DNA from: Candidatus Gottesmanbacteria bacterium
GTDB taxonomy: Bacteria > Patescibacteriota > Microgenomatia > UBA10105 > UBA927
DNA length: 64,000 nt
Assembly (NCBI GenBank): GCA_023245335.1
Contig: JAHFKK010000001.1
Span: forward strand, 795,505-859,504
Reading direction: 5' to 3'
The notes under the pieces were generated by a model. That model saw nothing but the letters and a program-made list of their open reading frames with translations, was not told the origin of the DNA and did no database searches. Position 1 is the stretch's first letter; each line of letters starts with the position of its first letter. The position numbers were made by a program, and so were the translations under genes. Of the stretch, positions 39,395 through 48,860 are shown in pieces.

Positions 39395-40297
39395 CTACGA
39401 GAGCAAACCGCCCTTTAATAATCTGAATTCTCTTCTCATATTCCACACGTGAAGCAGCTGATCAAAGTTGTCATCCGGTTTTATCATTAATTCCGCGAGT
39501 CTATCTATTTCAGTCAGTTGTTCTTCGCCGTTTTTATCAAAATTCTTCAACAGTACCATCTCGGGATGGTGATAGTAAGGGATTTCGCTATTCATTAAAC
39601 AATGGAAATCGTAAAACAATTCCCAAGCGACTACCGTAAGACCGGAATACCCTCCACCATTTAAAAAATGGTCCGCATCGATTTTTCCTTTTCTCACATT
39701 TAGCCAGGATTCAGCCGAAAATTCAAATTCGCCTCCGGGAATATCATACAAATCAAACGGGATGTCATCTTCTAAACTGCCATCTACGTCAATTGACACC
39801 CACCGTAACTCCGTCTTATGCCAATATTGAGTAATCCAGTGGTCGTCGCTTTTGCCTTTGTGTGGGCCATTCGGGTTAAAGTACGGAGCGAAACCGGATC
39901 GCACTCTTGCAGGAATTCCTTTCGTTTTCAACAAACTAGCCATAAGAATAGAGGTAAAACGGCACGTTAATACGAGTTTATTTTCTGAGAGCCGATCCGC
40001 AACCAAGCCCCGTCTATCTCTGCGATATAATTCTACGAGCATAGCCGCCGCAGTGACAAAAACGTCGTCTTCTTTTTGCCGATACCACGGGATTTTTGTC
40101 ACATCCCCGTAGCGCAGATCCGTGTTTGAGCCGATATTACCGTTTTCTAACGTCCTCCCGTGTATGAAAGATTTTCTTACCAAAAATCCGATATCTTTTA
40201 CACGATCGGGGAGTGTTAATTTTAGAGAATCTCTATATAAACCGGGGTATGTATATTGGCTAAATTGGAGATAGAACGTAAGGATTTTTCTATCCAT
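39395..40297 (-). CDS. transglutaminase-like protein (cytoplasmic)
   Basis: TCRFTS (Cys), GIPARVRSGFA, DHW, W..ID. Confidence 0.85.
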   Translation of the reverse strand: MDRKILTFYLQFSQYTYPGLYRDSLKLTLPDRVKDIGFLVRKSFIHGRTLENGNIGSNTDLRYGDVTKIPWYRQKEDDVFVTAAAMLVELYRRDRRGLVADRLSENKLVLTCRFTSILMASLLKTKGIPARVRSGFAPYFNPNGPHKGKSDDHWITQYWHKTELRWVSIDVDGSLEDDIPFDLYDIPGGEFEFSAESWLNVRKGKIDADHFLNGGGYSGLTVVAWELFYDFHCLMNSEIPYYHHPEMVLLKNFDKNGEEQLTEIDRLAELMIKPDDNFDQLLHVWNMRREFRLLKGGLLS

Positions 40298-40368
40298 GGC
40301 TGAAGTATATCAGATCTATTTACTCGTCATAAATAATAGATTGTCCGTATAGTCCAAATACAAACTTG

Positions 40369-40450
40369 TGCGGGCGAGAGGACTTGAACCTCTAAGCCTT
40401 ACGGCACAGCCTCCTCAAGACTGCGCGTCTACCAGTTTCGCCACGCCCGC
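40369..40450 (-). tRNA. tRNA-Leu(GAG)
   Basis: Type II cloverleaf, CAGTC-TTGAGGA-GGCTG. Confidence 0.95.
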
Positions 40451-40479
40451 ATTTCAGAATCATCATTATATCAGTTTTG

Positions 40480-40563
40480 TGCCCAGAAGAGGACTCGAAC
40501 CTCCAAGGGATTACTCCCATACGCTCCTGAAGCGTACGCGTCTACCAATTCCGCCATCCGGGC
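40480..40563 (-). tRNA. tRNA-Leu(CAG)
   Basis: Type II cloverleaf, TACGC-TTCAGGA-GCGTA. Confidence 0.95.
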
Positions 40564-40618
40564 TACAAATCAAATTATATCATAGCGGTTTACTCTCCTG
40601 GGAGATACAATTGATCGT

Positions 40619-41605
40619 ATGGACGACCCACTCAATGCATTACCGACGGACTTTATCCGCAGACTGCCGCAATTGGTTCCTGCCTCTCGGTTAACGGAAG
40701 TTGCGCTTGGCCTCACTACGGAGCGTGTAACGACACTTCGAGCTAATACGCTGAAAACAGATGCGACGGCACTTAGAAACGCCCTCACTAAAGGTAAAGT
40801 CACGCTACTTCCTGTCGATTGGTATGTTCAAGCGTTTATAGTAGACGGCACGCCGCTTCGTACGATCACGGAACTTCAGGAATATAAGGAAGGCAAACTG
40901 TATGTCCAGAGCTTGTCCAGCATGGTTCCTCCTCTTGTCCTTGACCCTCAGCCGGGAGAAAGGGTCCTCGATATCGCGGCGGCTCCGGGGAGTAAAACTA
41001 CACAAATGGCCGCCATGATGGCAAATACCGGGGAACTTGTCGCAAATGACACGAGCCAAACTCGTCTATACCGTCTCATCGCAAATCTCAAGCTTCAGGG
41101 TGTCACAAATGCGAAGGTTGTCAAAATGGACGGAAGAAGTCTCTGGAAATCGTATCCTGAATATTTCGACAAAGTCCTTGTGGATGTGCCGTGCAGCATG
41201 GAAGGGAGATTTCAGGCCTCAGATCCTAAATCATTTGAAGACTGGTCACTCAAAAAGGTTCGCGACCTATCACTTTTGCAGCGGTGGCTTCTTCGATCAG
41301 CGATAAGTGCTACCAAGCCCGGAGGCACAATCGTCTATTCAACGTGCACGATGTCTCCGGAAGAAAACGAACAAGTCATCGACTGGGTCATGGACAAAGA
41401 TAAAGGCGTCTTGAAAATTGAAGAGATTCACATTCCACACTTCTCTTTCGAGCACGGTATGGTTGATTGGGGAGGAAAGCACTTCAATGGCCAAATCGAA
41501 AATACCGCCAGAATTTACCCTTCGCCCACCATGGAAGGATTCTATGTCGCCCGGTTTAAAAAGCTTAAAACATCAATTCCGAAGGTACTTTCAGGCATGT
41601 CTTGA
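40619..41605 (+). CDS. RsmB/RsmF/NOP2-family RNA m5C methyltransferase
   Basis: DIAAAPGSKT, DVPCS, YSTCT..PEENE. Confidence 0.93.
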   Translation: MDDPLNALPTDFIRRLPQLVPASRLTEVALGLTTERVTTLRANTLKTDATALRNALTKGKVTLLPVDWYVQAFIVDGTPLRTITELQEYKEGKLYVQSLSSMVPPLVLDPQPGERVLDIAAAPGSKTTQMAAMMANTGELVANDTSQTRLYRLIANLKLQGVTNAKVVKMDGRSLWKSYPEYFDKVLVDVPCSMEGRFQASDPKSFEDWSLKKVRDLSLLQRWLLRSAISATKPGGTIVYSTCTMSPEENEQVIDWVMDKDKGVLKIEEIHIPHFSFEHGMVDWGGKHFNGQIENTARIYPSPTMEGFYVARFKKLKTSIPKVLSGMS

Positions 41606-41623
41606 GGTATAATAAGGGGTAGC

Positions 41624-41712
41624 GCCGCGGTGGTGGAATTGGCAGACACGCGGGCCTTAAGAGCCCGTGTCCCTTAAAAGACGTGTGAGTTCGACCCTCA
41701 CCCGCGGCACCA
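41624..41712 (+). tRNA. tRNA-Leu(TAA)
   Basis: Type II cloverleaf, CGGGC-CTTAAGA-GCCCG, encoded CCA. Confidence 0.95.
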
Positions 41713-41744
41713 AACGACAGCATAAACCGTCAATCATATACCAA

Positions 41745-42410
41745 ATGGACCTCAAAAAATCACTTCATGGCGGCTTCACCTATTACCTTAGCGATCCTCA
41801 TCCGTCCGCACTGATTATTTCCGGCATGCACGGTGACGAATTTGAATCAGGTAAACTATTGGAGGAGCTATTCACCGCCCGCGTTTTTCCTCTCCCCTCA
41901 TACCTCTTCATTCCCCAAATCAGCCCGAGTGCGGTTTCCTCTCACACACGGCTAAACGGACAGCAGCACGACATCAACCGCCAGTTTCGTAAAGACACGG
42001 ATGACGAAGAAGCCAAAGCGGTCATGGAACTGCTCGCTCCCTTTCGTTTTCGGAGCGTCGTCGACGTCCATGAAGACCCAGATCGGACGAATGAGCTCTA
42101 CCTCTATGACACCAAGCAAATGACTCATGTAGAACGCGCGGCCTACGAAGATTCCGCACGACAAACCGGTGTCGGTCTCTACACGGGTATCGACGACGAG
42201 AACGACCCGACGCTGCAAAGCTATATAAAAGACGGATACTTGTTGTTTGATCCCGAACGAGTTTCCGCAGACTCCGGATTCTTAAGTATCTGGATGGCAC
42301 GCCTCGGTATCGCGAAACGCGTATTCACTCTTGAGATACCGGGTAAGGCACCCAAAAACCTCAAACGAATGATCCTCACGTTATTACTTCCGTATCTTTC
42401 TACTCTATAA
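41745..42410 (+). CDS. M14-clan (succinylglutamate desuccinylase/aspartoacylase-like) zinc hydrolase
   Basis: GMHGDE, DINRQF, DVHED, TLEIP. Confidence 0.8.
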   Translation: MDLKKSLHGGFTYYLSDPHPSALIISGMHGDEFESGKLLEELFTARVFPLPSYLFIPQISPSAVSSHTRLNGQQHDINRQFRKDTDDEEAKAVMELLAPFRFRSVVDVHEDPDRTNELYLYDTKQMTHVERAAYEDSARQTGVGLYTGIDDENDPTLQSYIKDGYLLFDPERVSADSGFLSIWMARLGIAKRVFTLEIPGKAPKNLKRMILTLLLPYLSTL

Positions 42411-42440
42411 ATTTTTACCTGTGTGTTACACTACATATCA

Positions 42441-42776
42441 ATGAAATATCAGTCCGCAACAAATTTCTTTGAACAGGTATATACGCTCGTCCGTACTGTT
42501 CCGGCGGGGAAAATCACGACCTATGGCGCGCTCGCAAAGGCACTTGGCACTCCGGACGCAAGACGCGTAGGTCACGCGCTCCATAGTAACCCTGACAGCG
42601 ACAAAACGCCGTGCCACCGGGTTGTCTTTACCGACGGCAGGCTTGCACCGGGTTATGCGTTCGGCGGGCCCAATGAACAGATGCGGCGACTGCAGTTTGA
42701 AGGCGTTACATTCCTTACGGACGGCCGCGTAGATCTTTCCAAACATCTCTATATCCCAAAACGGCTCGGTGAATAA
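42441..42776 (+). CDS. O6-alkylguanine alkyltransferase (MGMT) family, C-terminal domain only
   Basis: TTYGALA, ARRVG, PCHRVV with Cys. Confidence 0.88.
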   Translation: MKYQSATNFFEQVYTLVRTVPAGKITTYGALAKALGTPDARRVGHALHSNPDSDKTPCHRVVFTDGRLAPGYAFGGPNEQMRRLQFEGVTFLTDGRVDLSKHLYIPKRLGE

Positions 42777-42791
42777 TTTATCCTGCACTAT

Positions 42792-43337
42792 ATGAAGATT
42801 ACGCTTATCATGGTATCTTCGCTCGACGGCAAAACGACGCGCGGGGACTCTCCTGACGTTCGATCTTGGACATCTCCCGAAGATCACAAACACTTTATCA
42901 ACACCCGGGACAAGAGTTCCCTTATTATCATGGGGCGTAAAACGTACGAGGCGGGACAAAAGCACCTCAAGCTTTCTCCGAACATCTTACGCGTTGTACT
43001 CACCAGGTCGCCGGATGAATTCGCAGACAGAAAAGTCTCCGGCCAACTGGAATTTACGTCAGAGAAGCCGACACAGCTCATTCATAGCTTAGAACGTAGA
43101 GGCTACGCGGCAGCGCTTTTGACCGGCGGGAGTCATGTGAACACGATATTTCTCAAAGCGCACCTCATACAGGAAATTCTCCTGACGGTAGAGCCCCGCA
43201 TATTGGGCACCGGGAATCCTATATTTGGTGAAAATGACTTAGACATGCGGCTTACACTTATGGAAAGCCAGACCTTGAATACGAATGGAACCATCTTACT
43301 TCATTACAAAGTACAGTATGAACCTACAACCAATTAA
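42792..43337 (+). CDS. dihydrofolate reductase / RibD C-terminal family reductase
   Basis: SLDGK, IMGRKTYE, GGS, EP.ILG.G. Confidence 0.85.
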   Translation: MKITLIMVSSLDGKTTRGDSPDVRSWTSPEDHKHFINTRDKSSLIIMGRKTYEAGQKHLKLSPNILRVVLTRSPDEFADRKVSGQLEFTSEKPTQLIHSLERRGYAAALLTGGSHVNTIFLKAHLIQEILLTVEPRILGTGNPIFGENDLDMRLTLMESQTLNTNGTILLHYKVQYEPTTN

Positions 43338-44064
43338 GACTGCGAAAATTGTCGCGAACCAAACCTCACTCATAAAAATTTTGGACACGGCGGTAGAAAC
43401 ACTTTCTGAAGGATCGATTCTGGTCATCACCTCAAAAATTGTCTCGCTCTGTGAAGGCCGGGTCGTCAAAATTGGTACCAAAGATAAGCAAGAACTCATT
43501 CAATCCGAATCGCAATTTTTCATCCCCCCCGAAAAAAGCAGCTACGAATTCTCGCTTACCATTACCCGCAACACACTTATCCCTACCGCGGGCATCGACG
43601 AGTCAAATGGTGACCGGTACTATGTTCTGTGGCCGAGCGATCCGTTCGCTACTTCGCGCACCGTACGGACGTATCTTACAAAACGATTTTCATTGACCGA
43701 CGTTGGTGTCCTCATTACCGACAGTAAAACAACACCGCTTCGATGGGGGACCAGCGGTATTGCCTTAGGGCACGCCGGCTTTGTGGCGCTCAATAACTAT
43801 ATCGGTACACCGGATCTCTTTGGGCGTTACTTGAAAGTAACGAAAGCCAATGTCGCAGACGGTCTTGCCGCAGCCGCAGTCGTCACCATGGGCGAAGGAA
43901 ACGAACAGACGCCGCTTGCAGTCATTTCGGACATACCGTTTGTTCATTTCCAATCAGGGAGTCCCACTGCCGAAGAAATTAAGGATTTAGTAATTGACCC
44001 GACTGAAGATTTATATGGACCGATTATCCAAAGTCCGCTATGGGTAAAGGGGAAGGGCAAATAA
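43318..44064 (+). CDS. CofE-family gamma-glutamyl ligase
   Basis: ITSKIVSLCEG, AGIDESN, ITDS, GEGNEQTPLA. Confidence 0.88.
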   Translation: MNLQPIKTAKIVANQTSLIKILDTAVETLSEGSILVITSKIVSLCEGRVVKIGTKDKQELIQSESQFFIPPEKSSYEFSLTITRNTLIPTAGIDESNGDRYYVLWPSDPFATSRTVRTYLTKRFSLTDVGVLITDSKTTPLRWGTSGIALGHAGFVALNNYIGTPDLFGRYLKVTKANVADGLAAAAVVTMGEGNEQTPLAVISDIPFVHFQSGSPTAEEIKDLVIDPTEDLYGPIIQSPLWVKGKGK

Positions 44065-44088
44065 TTTCCTAATTCTATCTGACTATGC

Positions 44089-44958
44089 TTACGCGGACAT
44101 CTTTATTAGAAACCTTGTTATCACCCCAATCATTTTAGAAAAATGATAATAATACGCAAGGTGGCCAGTATTGTGAAAGGTATAGACCTCGGCTTGCGGG
44201 TATACCCGCTTAAAATCACCTTCATCTTGCACCAATGGGTCATCGTCGGATCTGAGAATTAATATTCTTCCCTTCCAGTCTGTAAAATCTTCAGGATCTA
44301 GTGTCTCTGAGATAAATTCCTTGTGCAAGTTAATCCATGTTTTAAGAAGTCTTTTTGTTAGATAGTATTCTCTAAATTCCATATCGAATGCTTCGGTAAG
44401 TTCTTTCACATCATTATTTCTCCCCGTTTTAAACACTGGAGTATTTCTAGATACACCCTGTATCCTGCCGGCAAAATTACTCGCAAAAAATTTGATGAAC
44501 GCGGATGGAACAATAAATAGAAATACATTTAACAGTAATAATGGCTGTACCACGCGCTTCCTATATGTACTTGATTTCGGTGTACAGCACTGAGAAAGAA
44601 TTAAGCTCGTTACTTTATCTCTATTTCGTTTCAAATAGGATTGCGCCATTAATCCGCCAATGGAAAGCCCATATAGAATAACTTTACTGACGCTTTCTCT
44701 CTCAAGAATTGTGTTGATTGCAAAACAAAATTCACTTATACCATCAGCGCTATAAATTGTCGGAACAATGACCGTATATTTACTCTCAAGCGCCTGAATT
44801 AATCTAAAATTTGCTTGAGCCGACTGCCCACCACCGGGAAATATAAGAATAGTTTTTTTTCCTTGACCGGAAACAATGTATTCCCATTCTGTGTTGTTAA
44901 TCGTTATTCTTCGGATTGGGTGTTTGGAGTAGAATTCCTCCAATAATTTAATACGCAT
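44089..44958 (-). CDS. alpha/beta hydrolase (AT-rich)
   Basis: GLSIGG nucleophile elbow, DDPLV, GH. Confidence 0.85.
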   Translation of the reverse strand: MRIKLLEEFYSKHPIRRITINNTEWEYIVSGQGKKTILIFPGGGQSAQANFRLIQALESKYTVIVPTIYSADGISEFCFAINTILERESVSKVILYGLSIGGLMAQSYLKRNRDKVTSLILSQCCTPKSSTYRKRVVQPLLLLNVFLFIVPSAFIKFFASNFAGRIQGVSRNTPVFKTGRNNDVKELTEAFDMEFREYYLTKRLLKTWINLHKEFISETLDPEDFTDWKGRILILRSDDDPLVQDEGDFKRVYPQAEVYTFHNTGHLAYYYHFSKMIGVITRFLIKMSA

Positions 44959-45004
44959 GAAGCAATTATATAAAGGCTATTGACGCGATTTGATATAGTA
45001 TTTG

Positions 45005-45078
45005 TCGGGGTGGAGAGACTCGAACTCTCAACCTCATCGTCCCAAACGATGCGCGCTAGCCAATTGCGCCACACCCCG
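45005..45078 (-). tRNA. tRNA-Pro(TGG)
   Basis: Cloverleaf, CATCG-TTTGGGA-CGATG. Confidence 0.95.
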
Positions 45079-45085
45079 CTATTTC

Positions 45086-45170
45086 TGGGACGGAAACTAC
45101 GTTTCCTTCCCAACGATCCTTCCTATATTGTATCGCGACCTATTCATACGCCGCAGTCACGGTCGCGATA
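45086..45170 (-). repeat. tRNA-leader two-hairpin element, copy 1 (before tRNA-Pro)
   Basis: Shares invariant 36-mer AAGGATCGTTGGGAAGGAAACGTAGTTTCCGTCCCA with copies at 48657 and 50688. Confidence 0.9.
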
Positions 45171-45246
45171 AATTTGTTATAATTATTTTCCTACGTCTGA
45201 GCAGTGCTCTCACGTGTATTTTAACAGAATACGATACAATAAGGCT

Positions 45247-46179
45247 ATGACAGCTCTAACGCTCGCAGTTCTCGCATACAAAGCCAAAGTAGATGCACAT
45301 CTGACTTCTTCCGTCCTCTCTCTACGCAAAGAATGGAACGCACATCCGTGGACCGAAGATGCTCTTACCAGGATTTCGAAATTCGCGGTCGCCGGAAAGA
45401 CTGTCCGAGGGAGTCTTGTCGTTTACACATATAATCTTTTTCGAAAAGAAACACCGGACGTTGTATGGGACGTCGCCTCAGCTATGGAATTATTTCAATC
45501 CGGACTCCTCATCCACGATGACATTATGGACCGGGACACCATCCGACGCAGTATGCCCACACTTCATTCTCAATATGAACAATTTGCGGCATCACAAAAG
45601 GGAAGCGACGTCTCTCATTTTGGCGAAAGCCAGGCCATAAACCTCGCCGACCTTTGCTATTTTATAGGTTTCAGGCTGCTAAGTAGTGCCGGCCCGGCTG
45701 TGACCCATATGGTAACTACGGAACTTTCCGTTGTCGCACTCGCACAGATGCAGGATGTCGCAGGCGGTCACCTGACCAAGACCTACGAGAAGAACGACGT
45801 TATCGATCTCTACCGACATAAAACCGCGCGATACACATTTTCTATGCCCATGATGGCCGGCGCAATTATGGCCGGTACGGATACTCGGGTACAATCCTCA
45901 TTTGAACGGCTTGGTGAATCGTTGGGGCTATTGTTTCAAATCCGCGACGACGAATTAAACGCGACAGGCGATACGGACGTGACCGGCAAGTCTGCCGGTT
46001 CCGATGCTACCAACCACAAACAAACACTCTCCAGCGTCCTTGCCGCTTCTGAACTTGAGAAGTTTCGTCGGCAACTGCGTATCGATGCGCAATCTATCAT
46101 ACGTACGCTCCCTATAAGCGACGACCATATACGGGAGCTGACGGCACTCTTGAAATTCTGCGAGGAACGAACCCACTAA
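45247..46179 (+). CDS. polyprenyl diphosphate synthase
   Basis: GKTVR, IHDDIMD....RR, KTARY, FQIRDD. Confidence 0.92.
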   Translation: MTALTLAVLAYKAKVDAHLTSSVLSLRKEWNAHPWTEDALTRISKFAVAGKTVRGSLVVYTYNLFRKETPDVVWDVASAMELFQSGLLIHDDIMDRDTIRRSMPTLHSQYEQFAASQKGSDVSHFGESQAINLADLCYFIGFRLLSSAGPAVTHMVTTELSVVALAQMQDVAGGHLTKTYEKNDVIDLYRHKTARYTFSMPMMAGAIMAGTDTRVQSSFERLGESLGLLFQIRDDELNATGDTDVTGKSAGSDATNHKQTLSSVLAASELEKFRRQLRIDAQSIIRTLPISDDHIRELTALLKFCEERTH

Positions 46180-46180
46180 C

Positions 46181-46621
46181 ATGAATAGAACCATTCTTAT
46201 TATCGGCATCATTATTCTCCTCATTCTCGGTTTCTACTACCGCTCTCACCCCCTCAGCTCGAAAGTAAAAATACACGATACGGTATTTACCGTAGAAACC
46301 GCAGTCACCGAGCCTCAAAAACAATTGGGATTAGGCGGCAGAACCAATCTAGAAACTAACCATGGGATGCTGTTTATCTACGATCACAAAGAACAATACA
46401 ATTTTTGGATGAAGGATATGCATTTCCCACTCGACTTTATCTGGATAAACGGCAAGACAGTCGCTGACATAACCAAAAACGTTCCGCCACCAACGGGGGA
46501 TGGGCAACCCGCGATCGTCGTACCCAAAGAGCAGGTGGATAAAGTGTTAGAAATTAATGCAGGAACGATCCAAGCGCTTCATATCCAACCTGGCGACGAG
46601 GTGGAATTTCTTGATCGGTAA
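46181..46621 (+). CDS. DUF192 family protein
   Basis: GL..R......GMLF, FWMKDM.FPLD, VLEINAG. Confidence 0.9.
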   Translation: MNRTILIIGIIILLILGFYYRSHPLSSKVKIHDTVFTVETAVTEPQKQLGLGGRTNLETNHGMLFIYDHKEQYNFWMKDMHFPLDFIWINGKTVADITKNVPPPTGDGQPAIVVPKEQVDKVLEINAGTIQALHIQPGDEVEFLDR

Positions 46622-46663
46622 ACAGTTTATTCTCACGCACAAACACGATATAATTGGTTTCAC

Positions 46664-46737
46664 GCGGGTGTAGCTCAATGGTAGAGCGCCAGTTTTCCAA
46701 ACTGGTGACGAGGGTTCGATTCCCTTCATCCGCTCCA
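46664..46737 (+). tRNA. tRNA-Gly(TCC)
   Basis: CCAGT-TTTCCAA-ACTGG, encoded CCA. Confidence 0.95.
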
Positions 46738-46738
46738 A

Positions 46739-46814
46739 GCCCCAGTAGCTCAATGGATAGAGCAGATCGGTTCTAACGATAAGGTTGGGGGTTCGAATCC
46801 CTCCTGGGGCGCCA
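46739..46814 (+). tRNA. tRNA-Arg(TCT)
   Basis: GATCG-GTTCTAA-CGATA, encoded CCA. Confidence 0.92.
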
Positions 46815-46841
46815 ACGAGACGAAAATAATAAGGAATCCTC

Positions 46842-48548
46842 ATGTACGCGATACTTTGTTTCATCATAAGCGTCTTTATCCTTGCCCCGGCGGTCTACGC
46901 AAAATATGATCCTGCGAGCGTTCCGAACAACAAATTCGGCATCCATATCGTGGACGTCAACGATATCGCAGACGCGGCAACACTCGTCAACAGCACCAAC
47001 GGCGATTGGGGGTACATCACACTGGTCATCCAGGAAGACGACCGCAACTTTGACAAATGGCAGCGGGTATTTGATCAAATGAGGCGCCTACACCTCATTC
47101 CGATTGTCCGGCTCGCGACCCACGTACAGGGAACCTCCTGGGTCATTCCGTCGCGCGACAGCGCAGAGGATTGGTCTCGATTCCTCAATTCCCTAAACTG
47201 GCCGACGGAAAACCGCTATGTCATCCTCTTTAATGAACCCAATCACGCCAACGAATGGGGCGGACAACTGGACCCGGAAGGCTATGCCGACATAGTGAGT
47301 CTGTTTACGGATACCTTGCACAAAACGTCAGAAGATTTTTTTGTCATGCCGGGAGGCTTAGATGATTCCGCCTCATCTGATGGCGAAGCACTGGATGCGG
47401 CAACGTACTGGTCACGCATGCTCGCCCATGCATCGACGGTCTTTGATGCTGTCGACGGCTGGAGCTCGCATTCCTATCCGAACCCGGGGTTTTCCGGTTC
47501 TCCCTATGCGACAGGCCGGGGCACACTCTACTCGTATATCTGGGAACGAAATATACTGCGTAATCTCGGATTCGCCAAAACCTTACCGCTTTTCATCACC
47601 GAAACAGGATGGGTGCATTCGCAAGGAGAAGTATTTAACCCGGGATTGCTCACCACGGACCAGGTGGGAAACAACTTGAAAATTGCAGCCCAAAACGTAT
47701 GGAGCGATCCGTCGATTCTCGCAGTTACGCCGTTTGTCCTCAACTATCAGGCGTACCCTTTTGATCATTTTTCCTGGCGTGTTTTGGGATCAAATGACTA
47801 TTACTCACAATACGGCGCATACCAGAGTATCGCAAAAACTAGCGGCACCCCCAAGCAGCGGGAACGCTTTACCTTTGCTACCCGCATTTTACCCTCTACT
47901 CTCGTCGCCGGGTCTACCTACACCGTATCAGAAACGCTAAAAAACGAAGGACAAAGCATTCTCTCAGATCAGGAAGGATATTCGCTCACGCTGAAAACAG
48001 ACGGTAAATTTGCTATGGTGAGCGACCCCTTACCTATACTGGAACCCAAACAATCCGGCACGGTGACTATACACATAGAAACTCCAGGCACACCATCCTT
48101 GTTTACCTATGCGCTTGAACTCACCCATTTGGGGCAGGCAACGACGATCGAATCGGGGACGATCCGGCTCGTCCCACCGCCTTCGGTCAGCGTGTCTGTC
48201 CAGCTGGGCTGGAGATCGGTCAATACCGCCTCAGACGCAACCATTCTTATCTACGATGACAAAACGCTTCTTCACAAAGTAAACGGCGTGAACCTCAAGG
48301 AGGGGCAAGCCACAATAGAAGGGCTCCGGAACATCGTACCTGATAAACCGTACCGTGTCGTGGTCCTTGTACCGTATTATCTGCCCCGCCAGGCGATCAG
48401 CAAATTATCCGCGAGGAATACCAAAGTCGCACTTTCCCGCATGTATCCTTTGGATTTTAACCTGGACGGGAAACTATCACTCGCTGACCTTCTTGCGGCC
48501 CTTCAGTTAAAGCCCAACTTTATCGCATCGCTTTTCGTCGGACCCTAG
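46842..48548 (+). CDS. secreted clan GH-A glycoside hydrolase-like protein
   Basis: Signal peptide, FNEPN (acid/base), SSHSYP, FITETGW (nucleophile), C-terminal DFNLDG motif. Confidence 0.75.
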   Translation: MYAILCFIISVFILAPAVYAKYDPASVPNNKFGIHIVDVNDIADAATLVNSTNGDWGYITLVIQEDDRNFDKWQRVFDQMRRLHLIPIVRLATHVQGTSWVIPSRDSAEDWSRFLNSLNWPTENRYVILFNEPNHANEWGGQLDPEGYADIVSLFTDTLHKTSEDFFVMPGGLDDSASSDGEALDAATYWSRMLAHASTVFDAVDGWSSHSYPNPGFSGSPYATGRGTLYSYIWERNILRNLGFAKTLPLFITETGWVHSQGEVFNPGLLTTDQVGNNLKIAAQNVWSDPSILAVTPFVLNYQAYPFDHFSWRVLGSNDYYSQYGAYQSIAKTSGTPKQRERFTFATRILPSTLVAGSTYTVSETLKNEGQSILSDQEGYSLTLKTDGKFAMVSDPLPILEPKQSGTVTIHIETPGTPSLFTYALELTHLGQATTIESGTIRLVPPPSVSVSVQLGWRSVNTASDATILIYDDKTLLHKVNGVNLKEGQATIEGLRNIVPDKPYRVVVLVPYYLPRQAISKLSARNTKVALSRMYPLDFNLDGKLSLADLLAALQLKPNFIASLFVGP

Positions 48549-48656
48549 CCTCAAATTCTGCAAACCCGCACCAAATAAGGTACAATAATGATGGGTGAAT
48601 CGTGAGGAAAGCGCGCCGGATAAGCCAGAGGGCCTAGACCTAATTGGGTATAATTC

Positions 48657-48740
48657 GTCGTGAGCGTGCCTTCAAGGGTGAATAGCTCACGACACCTTGG
48701 TAGAAAGGATCGTTGGGAAGGAAACGTAGTTTCCGTCCCA
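48657..48740 (+). repeat. tRNA-leader two-hairpin element, copy 2 (before tRNA-His)
   Basis: GTCGTGAGC/GCTCACGAC stem plus invariant 36-mer. Confidence 0.9.
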
Positions 48741-48745
48741 AGAAT

Positions 48746-48821
48746 GGTGGCTGTAGCTCAGCCTGGTTAGAGCGTCTGCCTGTGGAGCAGAATGTCGGCG
48801 GTTCGAATCCGCTCAGCCACC
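48746..48821 (+). tRNA. tRNA-His(GTG)
   Basis: Encoded G-1 with C73, TCTGC-CTGTGGA-GCAGA. Confidence 0.95.
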
Positions 48822-48860
48822 CATAATAGCGTTGAAATTATTTTATACATAGAGGAGTCC

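Noticed and set aside
39165-39446. 93-aa minus-strand ORF after the transglutaminase-like gene
   Set aside because: Overlaps the upstream gene and has no motif; a shorter version could be real but cannot be supported.
40368-40694. 108-aa ORF, and similar ORFs at 2446, 37266, 44904-45250, 46547 and 56226
   Set aside because: They overlap tRNA genes and are spurious translations.
48600-48640. GAGGAAAG resembling the RNase P RNA P4 motif
   Set aside because: Not followed by TCC, and the gap is too short to hold an RNase P RNA.
48657-48745. tRNA-leader element as a T-box riboswitch or CRISPR repeat
   Set aside because: No T-box TGGNACC antiterminator bulge and too short. Copies are dispersed, on both strands, with no spacers or cas genes.
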